From Minisyncoccota bacterium (GTDB lineage: Bacteria > Patescibacteriota > Minisyncoccia > Phycocordibacterales > XYD1-FULL-46-19), in contig JBAYKU010000002.1 of NCBI GenBank assembly GCA_041664425.1, positions 13,142-77,141 on the forward strand: a DNA stretch of 64,000 bases, read 5' to 3'. The notes beneath the pieces are model-generated. The model had not been told where the DNA came from. It was given only the letters and a program-made list of their open reading frames with translations, and did not search any database. A program made the position numbers and the translations under genes. Shown here piece after piece: positions 38,333 to 46,564 of the stretch (position 1 is the stretch's first letter; each line of letters begins with the position of its first letter).

Positions 38333-39631
38333 ATGTCTATAATCAAAGAATTTTTAAAAAATATTGTCATCGCTATTTTGCGTTTTGAAGCCAGACTAGT
38401 ATTAAAAAAATATCAGCCGAAAGTCGTCGGAGTGACTGGTAGTGTGGGCAAGACTTCGACCAAAGATGCAGTCTTTGCGGTGCTGGCTAATAAATTTAAA
38501 GTGCGAGCCAGCGCTAAAAGTTATAATACCGATTTTGGTGTACCTTTGACGGTGCTGGGCTGTGACAATGCTTGGAATGATGCTATCGGCTGGTTGGAGA
38601 TTATGCTTCATGGACTCTTGCTCCTCGCCTGGAAACAAGATTATCCAGAATGGCTAGTCTTGGAAGTGGGGGCTGATCGCCCGGGCGATATTAAAAGAAT
38701 TGTTAAATGGGTTAAATTTGATGTTGGGGTGGTCACTCGTTTGCCCGAAGTGCCTGTGCATATTGAGTTTTTTAAAAATAAGCATCAATACTTAGAAGAA
38801 AAACTTTCTCTGGTTCGGTCGTTAAAAGAAACTAATTGGGCGGTGCTCAATTTTGATGATTCGGCCATAAAGGAAGTGTCTGATCATATCAAAACGCAAG
38901 TGATTGGTTATGGTTTTGGAACCGATAATAAAATTCAAGCTTCCAATGTTTCTTTGCATTATGAGGGTGAAAAATTAGCCGGCCTATCTTTTAAAATAAA
39001 TTACAATGGTGATACCTTGCCTATCCGCCTCAATGGTATCGTCGGCCAACACCAAGTCTACTCAGCTCTAGCGGCTTTTGGTGTGGGTGTCAGTCAGGGA
39101 ATAAATCTAGTAGATATCGCTGACGCCTTATCTCGAATGCCTTTACCGCCAGGCCGATTGCGAGTTTTAACTGGGATTAAAAATACTATTTTACTGGATG
39201 ACACTTACAATGCTTCACCAGCGGCGATGGAGGCAGGACTAACGACTTTAGCCGAAATAAAAACTACAGGTAAAAAAATAGCCGCCTTAGCGGATATGTT
39301 GGAACTGGGCGAGCACACGATCGAAGCTCATCGGGCGATCGGTCGGCAGGTAAAAGGGATTGTTGATGATTTAGTTCTGGTCGGTTTGCGAGCAAAATTT
39401 ATTGGTGAGGGAGCCATCGAGGCCGGTTTCTCTGAAAAACATATTCACCATTTTGATGATTCAGTGTCCGCGGGAAAATTTATTCAAGATTTAATGGCTG
39501 AGGGGGATATTGTCTATCTCAAGGGTTCGCAAGGTATGCGGATGGAAAAAGCGGTAGAGGAAATTATGGCTGAGCCAGAGAAAAAAGGGGAGTTGTTGGT
39601 GAGACAGGATGGGGAGTGGCAGAAACGCTGA
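38333..39631 (+). CDS. murF: UDP-N-acetylmuramoyl-tripeptide--D-alanyl-D-alanine ligase (MurF-like Mur ligase)
   Basis: Mur-ligase P-loop VVGVTGSVGKTSTKD and MurF-type DDTYNASP motif. Confidence 0.75.
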   Translation: MSIIKEFLKNIVIAILRFEARLVLKKYQPKVVGVTGSVGKTSTKDAVFAVLANKFKVRASAKSYNTDFGVPLTVLGCDNAWNDAIGWLEIMLHGLLLLAWKQDYPEWLVLEVGADRPGDIKRIVKWVKFDVGVVTRLPEVPVHIEFFKNKHQYLEEKLSLVRSLKETNWAVLNFDDSAIKEVSDHIKTQVIGYGFGTDNKIQASNVSLHYEGEKLAGLSFKINYNGDTLPIRLNGIVGQHQVYSALAAFGVGVSQGINLVDIADALSRMPLPPGRLRVLTGIKNTILLDDTYNASPAAMEAGLTTLAEIKTTGKKIAALADMLELGEHTIEAHRAIGRQVKGIVDDLVLVGLRAKFIGEGAIEAGFSEKHIHHFDDSVSAGKFIQDLMAEGDIVYLKGSQGMRMEKAVEEIMAEPEKKGELLVRQDGEWQKR

Positions 39632-39690
39632 TTGATGCGGATTCACCCACCAAAATTTTTCGAAGAAAAACTTAGGTGGGTAAATACGAA
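39630..39690 (+). repeat. Intergenic repeat element, copy B (overlaps the murF stop codon)
   Basis: GATTGATGCGGATTCACCCACC...CTTAGGTGGGTAAATACG. CACCCACC and GGTGGGTA can pair to form a hairpin. Confidence 0.6.
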
Positions 39691-39755
39691 TACAGCAGAG
39701 ATGAAGACAGGACGTTGCGATAAATCGCAACGCCCTGGTTGGTAGCTCCGAGAAG

Positions 39756-40328
39756 CTACTTGTTGATAAACTTAACGCTGGCAAGGAGGCCAGCATTAAC
39801 AATTTCCTCAAGCCTCTCTTCGTCCTGTTGGACCAATTTTTTGCGGTTCACTTCCTTTAGGAACAACTCCGCCTCATCTCCGGCCGATGGATTGTTGCCT
39901 TTCATCCCCGCTATGAACTTGGCTTGGTCGTCTTTCGAGTACGCACCTGCTAACTCCATAGCCAAATTGGTGGTGTCAACTAGGGGATTGCCGGTAATAG
40001 CTTCCCAGTTCTTTACAATGGATCCGAAGGCCGCTCCAATTAGTTCGATGTGCCCAAAACTAGCTTTGGGTAGATTGATCGTCCAATAGAGCACTGCTCC
40101 ATCACTATCAAACAGACCACATTTTTTGACCCATCCAAGTTCTAGCACGACATTCTTGAAAAAACCGATGCCAAGCTGAGGCAGAATCCTCAACATTTTC
40201 TCGCGGTCGGCTTTTTCTTGATCTTCCTTTTTTTCTTTGCGGCGTTTTCTCCACTCGTTTAGAGCCGCACCAGTAAAGATGATTACCGCAACGAGTATTA
40301 CAAAACTTCCTGTGTATACCAAACCCAT
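39756..40328 (-). CDS. Hypothetical membrane-anchored protein (190 aa; N-terminal TM, Lys/Glu-rich linker, globular C-domain)
   Basis: AAGGAG RBS 7 nt upstream of the ATG at 40328; the track's longer 221-aa version has no RBS. sigma70-like promoter TTGACT-16-TGCTATAAT near 40450-40480 would give a ~150-nt leader. Confidence 0.5.
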   Translation of the reverse strand: MGLVYTGSFVILVAVIIFTGAALNEWRKRRKEKKEDQEKADREKMLRILPQLGIGFFKNVVLELGWVKKCGLFDSDGAVLYWTINLPKASFGHIELIGAAFGSIVKNWEAITGNPLVDTTNLAMELAGAYSKDDQAKFIAGMKGNNPSAGDEAELFLKEVNRKKLVQQDEERLEEIVNAGLLASVKFINK

Positions 40329-40540
40329 GACCGTTCTCCTTGCACCCATGAGGTGCGGTGACTGACTTGACCCTGGCGTGACCAGGCATTCGAGGCATGA
40401 CCCCGAGCCAGCTTTTGACAATTTGGCCGTACTTACATTCGGGCCGTTTCTACCCTCTATTATAGCATATTGGTGAAATAAGTCAAGTATCAGCCTTTGC
40501 CAAAAGAGGGCCTAAATGTTATGATTTTTGGGTAAATTTT

Positions 40541-40584
40541 GGCCTCATCGTCCCTGCCTGCGCAGGCAGGTAACGGTTAGGACA
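40541..40584 (+). pseudogene. Duplicated 5' fragment of tRNA-Glu (26 nt) interrupted by an 18-bp palindrome
   Basis: ggcctcatcgtc + CCTGCCTGCGCAGGCAGG + taacggttaggaca is identical to nt 1-26 of the intact tRNA at 40835, apart from the insertion. Confidence 0.65.
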
Positions 40585-40598
40585 GATTCTAACTTTTT

Positions 40599-40856
40599 AT
40601 GTCATTTGTCTACATAATAAAAAGTTCAAAGACAAACTGGTATTATGTTGGATCGACTGAGAGTTTGGAACAGAGACTCGCGACACATAATCGCGGAGAA
40701 GTTAAAACTACAAAATCGAAAAGACCTCTAATCCTTGTTTATTCCGAAAAATTCGATAATATTACCGAAGCTCGAAAGAGAGAAAGGCAAATAAAAGATC
40801 AGAGAATTTTGAAAGAAAAAATAATAAACAATTTGGCCTCATCGTCTAACGGTTAG
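40599..40856 (+). CDS. GIY-YIG nuclease family protein (UPF0213/YhbQ-like, 85 aa)
   Basis: GIY-YIG motif FVYIIKSSKTNWYYVGST, followed by ...RLATHN.G...TK...P..LVYSE.F. The 3' end overlaps the first 22 nt of the tRNA-Glu gene. Confidence 0.8.
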   Translation: MSFVYIIKSSKTNWYYVGSTESLEQRLATHNRGEVKTTKSKRPLILVYSEKFDNITEARKRERQIKDQRILKEKIINNLASSSNG

Positions 40857-40906
40857 GACATCGCCTTCTCAAGGCGGTAATCGGGGTCCGATTCCCCGTG
40901 AGGTCA
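40835..40906 (+). tRNA. tRNA-Glu (anticodon CUC)
   Basis: Cloverleaf by eye: acceptor GGCCUCA/UGAGGUC with one G-U pair, D-arm GUC-UAACGGUUAGGAC, anticodon loop UUCUCAA, T-arm CGGGG-UCCGAUU-CCCCG, discriminator A, no encoded CCA. T-loop position 55 is C, which is atypical. Confidence 0.7.
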
Positions 40907-40914
40907 CAAAGCGT

Positions 40915-40944
40915 AAAAAAGCCTGCCCTGCGGCAGGTTTTTAG
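40915..40944 (+). terminator. Rho-independent terminator after the tRNA
   Basis: aaaagcctgcc-ctgc-ggcaggtttt. Confidence 0.6.
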
Positions 40945-41199
40945 CTTTGTGAAAGCACGGCAATGTTTTTCTCTGTTCTCATCAGAGAAAAACCGCGAGC
41001 TGGGGTCGGCAAGTACTTAGGTAGAATTTGAGCGTAGCGAAAAATTATACTTAGTAACTTGTGACCACATAAATTTTGAGCCCACTGTAGAGCTCTTTTT
41101 TGTATCTTTATCTAATCTGTGGTACTATCTAGTCAGATCGCCGAGGGAAGTCTGACAATGTTGTCAGTCTAAACTGGGCCAAAAATAAAGGAGTTTTTT

Positions 41200-41379
41200 A
41201 TGTCAGAACCATCGCAGGAAGAAATTGAACGAGCTTATGGTGAAGGAAGAGAAGCTGCTGAGAAAGCCGATTTCATTGACCTAGTCGCGCATGGTGTTGG
41301 TGATATAGTTGGCGGTCCTCCCGATCCTATCGAGGATGCTAGAGACAAGGGCTTCCACGACAAATGTGAAGGTCGATAG
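41200..41379 (+). CDS. Unannotated 59-aa acidic small protein
   Basis: AAGGAG RBS 8 nt upstream of the ATG. 13-bp-stem terminator at 41411-41448. sigma70-like promoter TTGTAT-17-TACTAT at ~41107-41135. Product MSEPSQEEIERAYGEGREAAEKADFIDLVAHGVGDIVGGPPDPIEDARDKGFHDKCEGR. Confidence 0.5.
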   Translation: MSEPSQEEIERAYGEGREAAEKADFIDLVAHGVGDIVGGPPDPIEDARDKGFHDKCEGR

Positions 41380-41410
41380 ATCTTAAGCCATGATATCTGT
41401 TTTGTATTCA

Positions 41411-41448
41411 CAGGATAACCTTTCCAAAAGGTTATCCTGTTTTATTTT
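41411..41448 (+). terminator. Rho-independent terminator
   Basis: 13-bp perfect stem caggataaccttt/aaaggttatcctg followed by TTTTATTTT. Confidence 0.8.
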
Positions 41449-41490
41449 GCCTAATTTTTCTTTACCCCTCTTTTTTGTTATTATAGCTCT

Positions 41491-42549
41491 ATGAGTCTTA
41501 CTATTATTTTTGCCATTATTGGTGCTCTAGTCAGCGGTTTTGCGATAGCTTGGTTTTTAGCCAAAAAGGGGACGGCCGAGGCTCCAGCGACCGACAATTC
41601 CGCCATGCTGATGCTCCAAAATCAGCTCAATACTTTGATCAAAACGGTGGACGATAAACTGGGGGAGTCATCACGCCATATGCAGACCTCGATTCAAAAT
41701 CAGTTTTCCGAATCGTCCAAAATTATTCGTGATGTGACCGAACGCCTGACCAAACTCGATGAGACGAACCGACAAGTGGTGGGTTTTGCCGATCAGCTCC
41801 AGTCGCTCCAAGATATTCTGAAAAATCCGAAACAGCGGGGGATTCTGGGCGAGTATTATCTCGAAACTTTATTGAAAAATGTCCTACCGCCAGGCTCTTT
41901 TCAAATGCAATATCCCTTTGCCGATGGCACGATTGTGGATGCCGTGGTGTTTGTAAAAGAAAAAATTATTCCAATTGATTCCAAGTTTTCATTGGAAAAT
42001 TATAATCGTCTGGCCGAGGAGCAGAATCCGGCCGAGCGCGAACGCCTCGAAAAGGCTTTTAAAGCCGATCTCAAACTCCGCATTGACGAGACCGCCAAAT
42101 ATGTCAAACCGTCCGAGGGGACGATGGATTTTGCCTTTATGTTTATTCCCCATGAGGCAGTTTATTACGATTTACTGGTCACTCAGGTGGGGGCGGTCAA
42201 GGTCAATACTCGGGATTTGGTCGAGTACGCCTTCAAGGAAAAGCACGTCATTATCGTCTCGCCGACCTCCTTTTTGGCCTATCTGCAGACCGTCCTACAG
42301 GGCCTAAAAGCCCTCCAGATCGAAGAATCAGCCAAAGAGATCCGTAAGCGGGTCGAGGAGCTAGGCAAGCACCTGGGGGCCTATGATCAGTATATGCAGA
42401 AGCTAGGCGGGGCCCTCGGGACGACTGTGGGGCACTTTAATACCGCCCACAAAGAGCTCAAAAAGATCGACAAGGACGTCCTCCGGATTTCCGGAGAAGG
42501 GGCCGGAATTGAGCCACTGGTTCTCGAAAAGCCGAGTGAGGATGAATAA
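41491..42549 (+). CDS. rmuC: DNA recombination protein RmuC
   Basis: N-terminal TM, coiled-coil, C-terminal RmuC nuclease-like domain. Confidence 0.85.
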   Translation: MSLTIIFAIIGALVSGFAIAWFLAKKGTAEAPATDNSAMLMLQNQLNTLIKTVDDKLGESSRHMQTSIQNQFSESSKIIRDVTERLTKLDETNRQVVGFADQLQSLQDILKNPKQRGILGEYYLETLLKNVLPPGSFQMQYPFADGTIVDAVVFVKEKIIPIDSKFSLENYNRLAEEQNPAERERLEKAFKADLKLRIDETAKYVKPSEGTMDFAFMFIPHEAVYYDLLVTQVGAVKVNTRDLVEYAFKEKHVIIVSPTSFLAYLQTVLQGLKALQIEESAKEIRKRVEELGKHLGAYDQYMQKLGGALGTTVGHFNTAHKELKKIDKDVLRISGEGAGIEPLVLEKPSEDE

Positions 42550-42629
42550 TTCCATGAGCTTTTACCTGCCTGCGCAGGCAGGGCTGTTAGGTTATAGCTT
42601 TTAGGAAGGGGAATCGTCTGCGTTTTTGG

Positions 42630-42710
42630 GGTTGCCCGGTAGTGAATTTTGGTCTTGTCCGCTCAGAGCGGACGCTTGCAAAGCGAGACCAAAATCTACT
42701 ACCGGGTTGC
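42630..42710 (+). promoter_or_regulatory. Structured leader upstream of rplU (possible L21-leader-type autoregulatory element)
   Basis: ~26-nt imperfect inverted repeat (42630-42655 with 42685-42710, G-U tolerant) enclosing a perfect 7-bp hairpin gtccgct-cag-agcggac; 33 nt upstream of the rplU ATG. Confidence 0.4.
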
Positions 42711-42742
42711 CAAATTTAGCCTTTTAGTATAGAATAACCCCT

Positions 42743-43054
42743 ATGAAATTCGCTGTAATAGAAACAGGTGGAAAACAGTACAAGGTCGCCGAGGGCGACG
42801 TTTTAAACGTTGAGAAGCTCCCAAAGGGCTCTTCGGAGACCATCTCTTTTGATAAAGTCCTCTTGATTGACAATGGCAAGGACACCATGATTGGCGCTCC
42901 TTATCTCGATGGTGCGGTTGTGACTGCTAGCCGAGTGGAAGATGGCCGGGACAAGAAAATCACCGTCATTAAATACAAGAACAAAATCCGCTACAAGAAA
43001 ACTCAGGGTCACCGCCAACCATTCACCAAAATCAAAATCGAAAAAATCGGCTAG
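42743..43054 (+). CDS. rplU: 50S ribosomal protein L21
   Basis: MKFAVIETGGKQYKV... is canonical L21. Confidence 0.9.
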   Translation: MKFAVIETGGKQYKVAEGDVLNVEKLPKGSSETISFDKVLLIDNGKDTMIGAPYLDGAVVTASRVEDGRDKKITVIKYKNKIRYKKTQGHRQPFTKIKIEKIG

Positions 43055-43104
43055 GAGCTCAACGCGGACTAATGCAGACGGGACGCAGACTGACGCAACC
43101 AAGA

Positions 43105-43133
43105 AAAAATCGGCTTCAGGCCGATTTTTTTTT
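43105..43133 (+). terminator. Rho-independent terminator after rplU
   Basis: aatcggc-ttcag-gccgatt followed by TTTTTTTTT. Confidence 0.75.
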
Positions 43134-43232
43134 GGGCATCACTTGATATTTTTTTTTATTTATGTTATGATTTATAGAGGATCTGCACAATAACGTGTAG
43201 ATAGGTTTAAACAAAGCTGGGAGGAGAAAGCT

Positions 43233-43547
43233 ATGTTGGAAAGTATGAGTCAGACGGGGCTAGAGGAGTTGGCCCAAAACCTGGCCAAACTTCCTCCTGA
43301 AGTCAGGGACGCCTTTCTACAGGAGGAACGAATGGCAGATAAGAGAGATGAGGAGTCTTTCAGAAAGGTGCGTATGGTATGCCTTTCCCTGCTCTGTATG
43401 TTCTTTCTCGGGACACTTTCGAGTGTCTTGTACGATGCGAACATTGCGGTGCAGATGAAGATTTCATGGTCCGTCGTTTCAGCCATGTTTTCCATCGCTC
43501 TGGTTTTACAGGTCTTTCGTTACCGTTTTTTTTGTCGCCAAGACTGA
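43233..43547 (+). CDS. Hypothetical small membrane protein (two predicted TM helices)
   Basis: GGAGGAGAAAG RBS, ORF, and a strong terminator at 43575-43611. Confidence 0.45.
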   Translation: MLESMSQTGLEELAQNLAKLPPEVRDAFLQEERMADKRDEESFRKVRMVCLSLLCMFFLGTLSSVLYDANIAVQMKISWSVVSAMFSIALVLQVFRYRFFCRQD

Positions 43548-43724
43548 CCCATGTCTGCGACGAATTTCATCTTCGGCACTTGCGAGTCTTTGCAAGTGCC
43601 GATCTTTTTTTCCACAACCTTTTTAATTTATAGTAGTTAATTGTAGAGCTGTGTAGTATACTTGAATAAATGCTTATAAACTAAGCATTTATTTTATTTA
43701 TATATTAGTAACCTTATTAAAAAA

Positions 43725-46454
43725 ATGAAAAAGTATTTTATTGCTTTGGCATTGGTGGCTTTAGTCATTGTGCCAGTAGTCACAGTCAAAGCAGCCACAG
43801 TCGATGAATTATTAGCCCAGATTGCAGCTTTGACGGCTCAAATCAATTCTTTGCAATCACAAGTGTCATCACTTAGTAGTGGTTCCACGAATTCTATTTC
43901 CACTTCTGCTGGCGCTAAACCAGAAGTAAAGTTGATCTCTAAATCAGTGAGCATTCAACCAGCTGATGGTGATTGTGGAAAAGTTGGTTGCCCTACAGTC
44001 TTAAGAGCCAATTTTAAAGTTCAGGTGACGAACAAGAACACTAATCCTATTTATGTTTGGCCAGAAGCTTTTTGGCAGACTTTCTTTACTGAGAGTTCGG
44101 GTAAAAGAGTTTCTGATCGCTGTACTCAGAGCGCCGACCTAAGCACTGCTAACAATATTTCCACTCGAGCCGGTGGTAATGGTGTAAATTACAGCCTTCT
44201 GGAACCAGGTAAAACTTACAATGTTAATGTCAGCCTTTCTTGCCAAACCAATCATCTTTTGGCTGGTGCCTATACTGGTGTCTTAAATAAGATGTTTTAT
44301 CGTACTAATGAAACCATTAACGTCAACGGCCTACCTGATTTTGAAGTTTCTCTGAGTTTGAAAACTAGTAGAAAAACTATCGTTGGTGAACAGGGACCAT
44401 ACATTTCTTCGGTTAGTATAAATAGCCAGAAACAAGTTGTAATCAATGGTGAAAGACTCAGTAAAGTAAACATGGTTAATATTGGTGGCTACGCTATTTC
44501 CTCGACTGGTAGTAATTTTTCTACTTATGTTCGTATCAATAAAAATGGCAAGCAAATCATTGCCGATGTCCAAAAAGAAGATTGGTTAAATTGGCAGAAA
44601 GATCTAGTGGTTGTTTACGTGGCTACACCAGTCGGTGAGAGTAATAGAGTGGCGGTGGGTAACATTATCTCAACTATTTCGGAGGTTGTTACACCGCAAG
44701 TTGATCATGGTGGCCTGTACTCGGTTGGCGAAAGCGATGTTTATGTAAACATAAGAGAAAATCAAACTATCTCGTCCGCTTTTACACTTACGGGTACAGC
44801 CTCTAACGTATTTGAAGGACAGTGGGGGAATGTTAAACTTTATGATAGTGCCAATAATCTTTTAGGAACTAAAAACCTAGTTGTTGGTTGTGATTACGGC
44901 AAAACTAATTGCCCATTTACCCCAGTTTCTTTTAATGTAAATCCTAAAACTGGCTTTGGCTACTTTATTTTCAGCATAGACAATCAGTCTGACCTGAGAC
45001 AATACGACAGGAGGTATCGTCTAAATATTGTTTTTAGTGATGTGCCAGTAATTCAACCTTCGATTACTACTATTTCACCAAATGGGGGAGAGACATTTAA
45101 GATTGGGGATACCATTTCGGTTCATTGGGCAAGCAAAAATCTTCCACCATCCGATCGGTTGAATGTTTATCTCTATAGTCCAATTATTGCAGATGTTCCT
45201 GGCCATTCATTTACCACTTCGGCAGTTAATACCTCATATCAGTTTCCCTTGTTGAACAATTTGACACCTGGTTCCTACAAGGTCAATGTTTGTGATCACG
45301 CCTTGTCTCCTGCTGGTCTATCTGGGAAGTCTCTGTGTGATATTAGCGACGACTACTTCACCATTGTTTCCGCTAATTCTACCCTTTCAGCTCCCACCAA
45401 TCTTAAGGCCGATGTTTCTTCTGATGCTTCTGGTAATAAAGTTAAATTAAGTTGGAATCCGGTTGTTGGAGCAGAACAATATGTTGTAGAGAAGTATATA
45501 GAAAATAATCCAACTAACCCTTCTAACCATTGGGTTCGCATCAACATTGGTTACTCGATTCTTACCGATACTAATTTTGTTGATTCTAGTTCGGTAATTC
45601 CTGGTAAAAAATATGATTATCGAGTATGGGCCGCCAGAGGTTCTGGACCAGACTTTATAAGATCTGATTACTCAAATCAGGTGAGTGCCAGAATAAGTTC
45701 TGCTTCTAGTGGTTCCGTCTCTGATAGTATTAGTGGCAGTGTTCCTACTGGTAAACTGGTTATCAACTCTATTTCCGGTTCTGGCAACCTGATTGCTACT
45801 GGGGTAAATAAAACTTGGGTTGTGGAGACAACTGTCCCTTCCAATGCCTCTGTTTTAAATTACTCAGTTGACTGGGGTGATGGTTTGGCCAATAAAACTG
45901 CCGGTGATCATAGTGTCTCCTCTAACTTTAAGTCTACTTTTTCTGCTAGTCATACTTATAATACTGCTGGTGTTTACACCGTTAGAATGGATCTAAGTGC
46001 AGGTGGACAATCAATCTCTAGGGTCTTTAAGGTGGTGGTGGCTGGCCTCACTGTAAAGCCTGCTATCGTCTTATTATCTCCTAACGGCCGAGAAACTTGG
46101 TATACCGGTACTACTAAAAATATTACTTGGTCTAGCAAGGGCTTACCAGCTGATTCAAAGATAGATTTAGAAATTTACGAAGATGGTAAGAGTAAAGATC
46201 TTGCCACTACTATAACCAGTGGCCTAACTCCCACACTATCGAGTTATGCTTGGGGAATCAGCACTTGGCCTACTCCAGATAAAAAATATCGAGTGGTGGT
46301 AAAAGTAATAGATAAAAATGGTTCTTTTATCGCTACAGATGAATCAAATAGCTCATTTTTGTTAGCTTCACCTAAAGGTGCCAATATTTCTGCTATCAAC
46401 CAAATGGCTAGCGCGCTGGAAGCCATCAAAGCTTTGGCTCAGACACTAAGGTAG
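43725..46454 (+). CDS. Large secreted multidomain surface protein (coiled-coil N-terminus, PKD domain, fibronectin-III-like domain, repeated Kre9/GPI-anchor-like beta domains)
   Basis: Signal peptide. WGDG...HTYNTAGVYTV (PKD). LKADVSS...KVKLSWNPVVGAEQYVVEK...YDYRVWAA (Fn3-like). Repeated SPNGGETFKIGDTISVHW / SPNGRETWYTGTTKNITW modules. Confidence 0.6.
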   Translation: MKKYFIALALVALVIVPVVTVKAATVDELLAQIAALTAQINSLQSQVSSLSSGSTNSISTSAGAKPEVKLISKSVSIQPADGDCGKVGCPTVLRANFKVQVTNKNTNPIYVWPEAFWQTFFTESSGKRVSDRCTQSADLSTANNISTRAGGNGVNYSLLEPGKTYNVNVSLSCQTNHLLAGAYTGVLNKMFYRTNETINVNGLPDFEVSLSLKTSRKTIVGEQGPYISSVSINSQKQVVINGERLSKVNMVNIGGYAISSTGSNFSTYVRINKNGKQIIADVQKEDWLNWQKDLVVVYVATPVGESNRVAVGNIISTISEVVTPQVDHGGLYSVGESDVYVNIRENQTISSAFTLTGTASNVFEGQWGNVKLYDSANNLLGTKNLVVGCDYGKTNCPFTPVSFNVNPKTGFGYFIFSIDNQSDLRQYDRRYRLNIVFSDVPVIQPSITTISPNGGETFKIGDTISVHWASKNLPPSDRLNVYLYSPIIADVPGHSFTTSAVNTSYQFPLLNNLTPGSYKVNVCDHALSPAGLSGKSLCDISDDYFTIVSANSTLSAPTNLKADVSSDASGNKVKLSWNPVVGAEQYVVEKYIENNPTNPSNHWVRINIGYSILTDTNFVDSSSVIPGKKYDYRVWAARGSGPDFIRSDYSNQVSARISSASSGSVSDSISGSVPTGKLVINSISGSGNLIATGVNKTWVVETTVPSNASVLNYSVDWGDGLANKTAGDHSVSSNFKSTFSASHTYNTAGVYTVRMDLSAGGQSISRVFKVVVAGLTVKPAIVLLSPNGRETWYTGTTKNITWSSKGLPADSKIDLEIYEDGKSKDLATTITSGLTPTLSSYAWGISTWPTPDKKYRVVVKVIDKNGSFIATDESNSSFLLASPKGANISAINQMASALEAIKALAQTLR

Positions 46455-46499
46455 GCGATAGATTGTAGCTGTTAGGTTATAGTAAAATACAAATCAAAA

Positions 46500-46533
46500 C
46501 CAGCGTGAAGGCTTTGCCTTCACGCTGGTTTTT
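46500..46533. terminator. Bidirectional terminator between the 909-aa gene and recR
   Basis: ccagcgtgaagg-ctttg-ccttcacgctgg with T-runs on both strands. Confidence 0.7.
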
Positions 46534-46564
46534 CTAAAAGCTAAAAGCTCTCACCTAAAAGCTA

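Noticed and set aside
40108-40398. 96-aa Arg/Lys-rich ORF on the minus strand
   Set aside because: It overlaps the RBS-supported start of the 39756-40328 gene in another frame and the GC-rich leader. No independent signals support it.
40835-40906. Possibility that tRNA-Glu is a pseudogene because T-loop position 55 is C rather than U
   Set aside because: The acceptor, D, anticodon and T stems are all intact and the anticodon loop is canonical. A single T-loop deviation is insufficient, so it is kept as a functional tRNA at reduced confidence.
42942-43193. 83-aa Lys/Ser/Thr-rich ORF overlapping the rplU 3' end
   Set aside because: It is in an alternative frame of rplU and runs through the rplU terminator; it is spurious.
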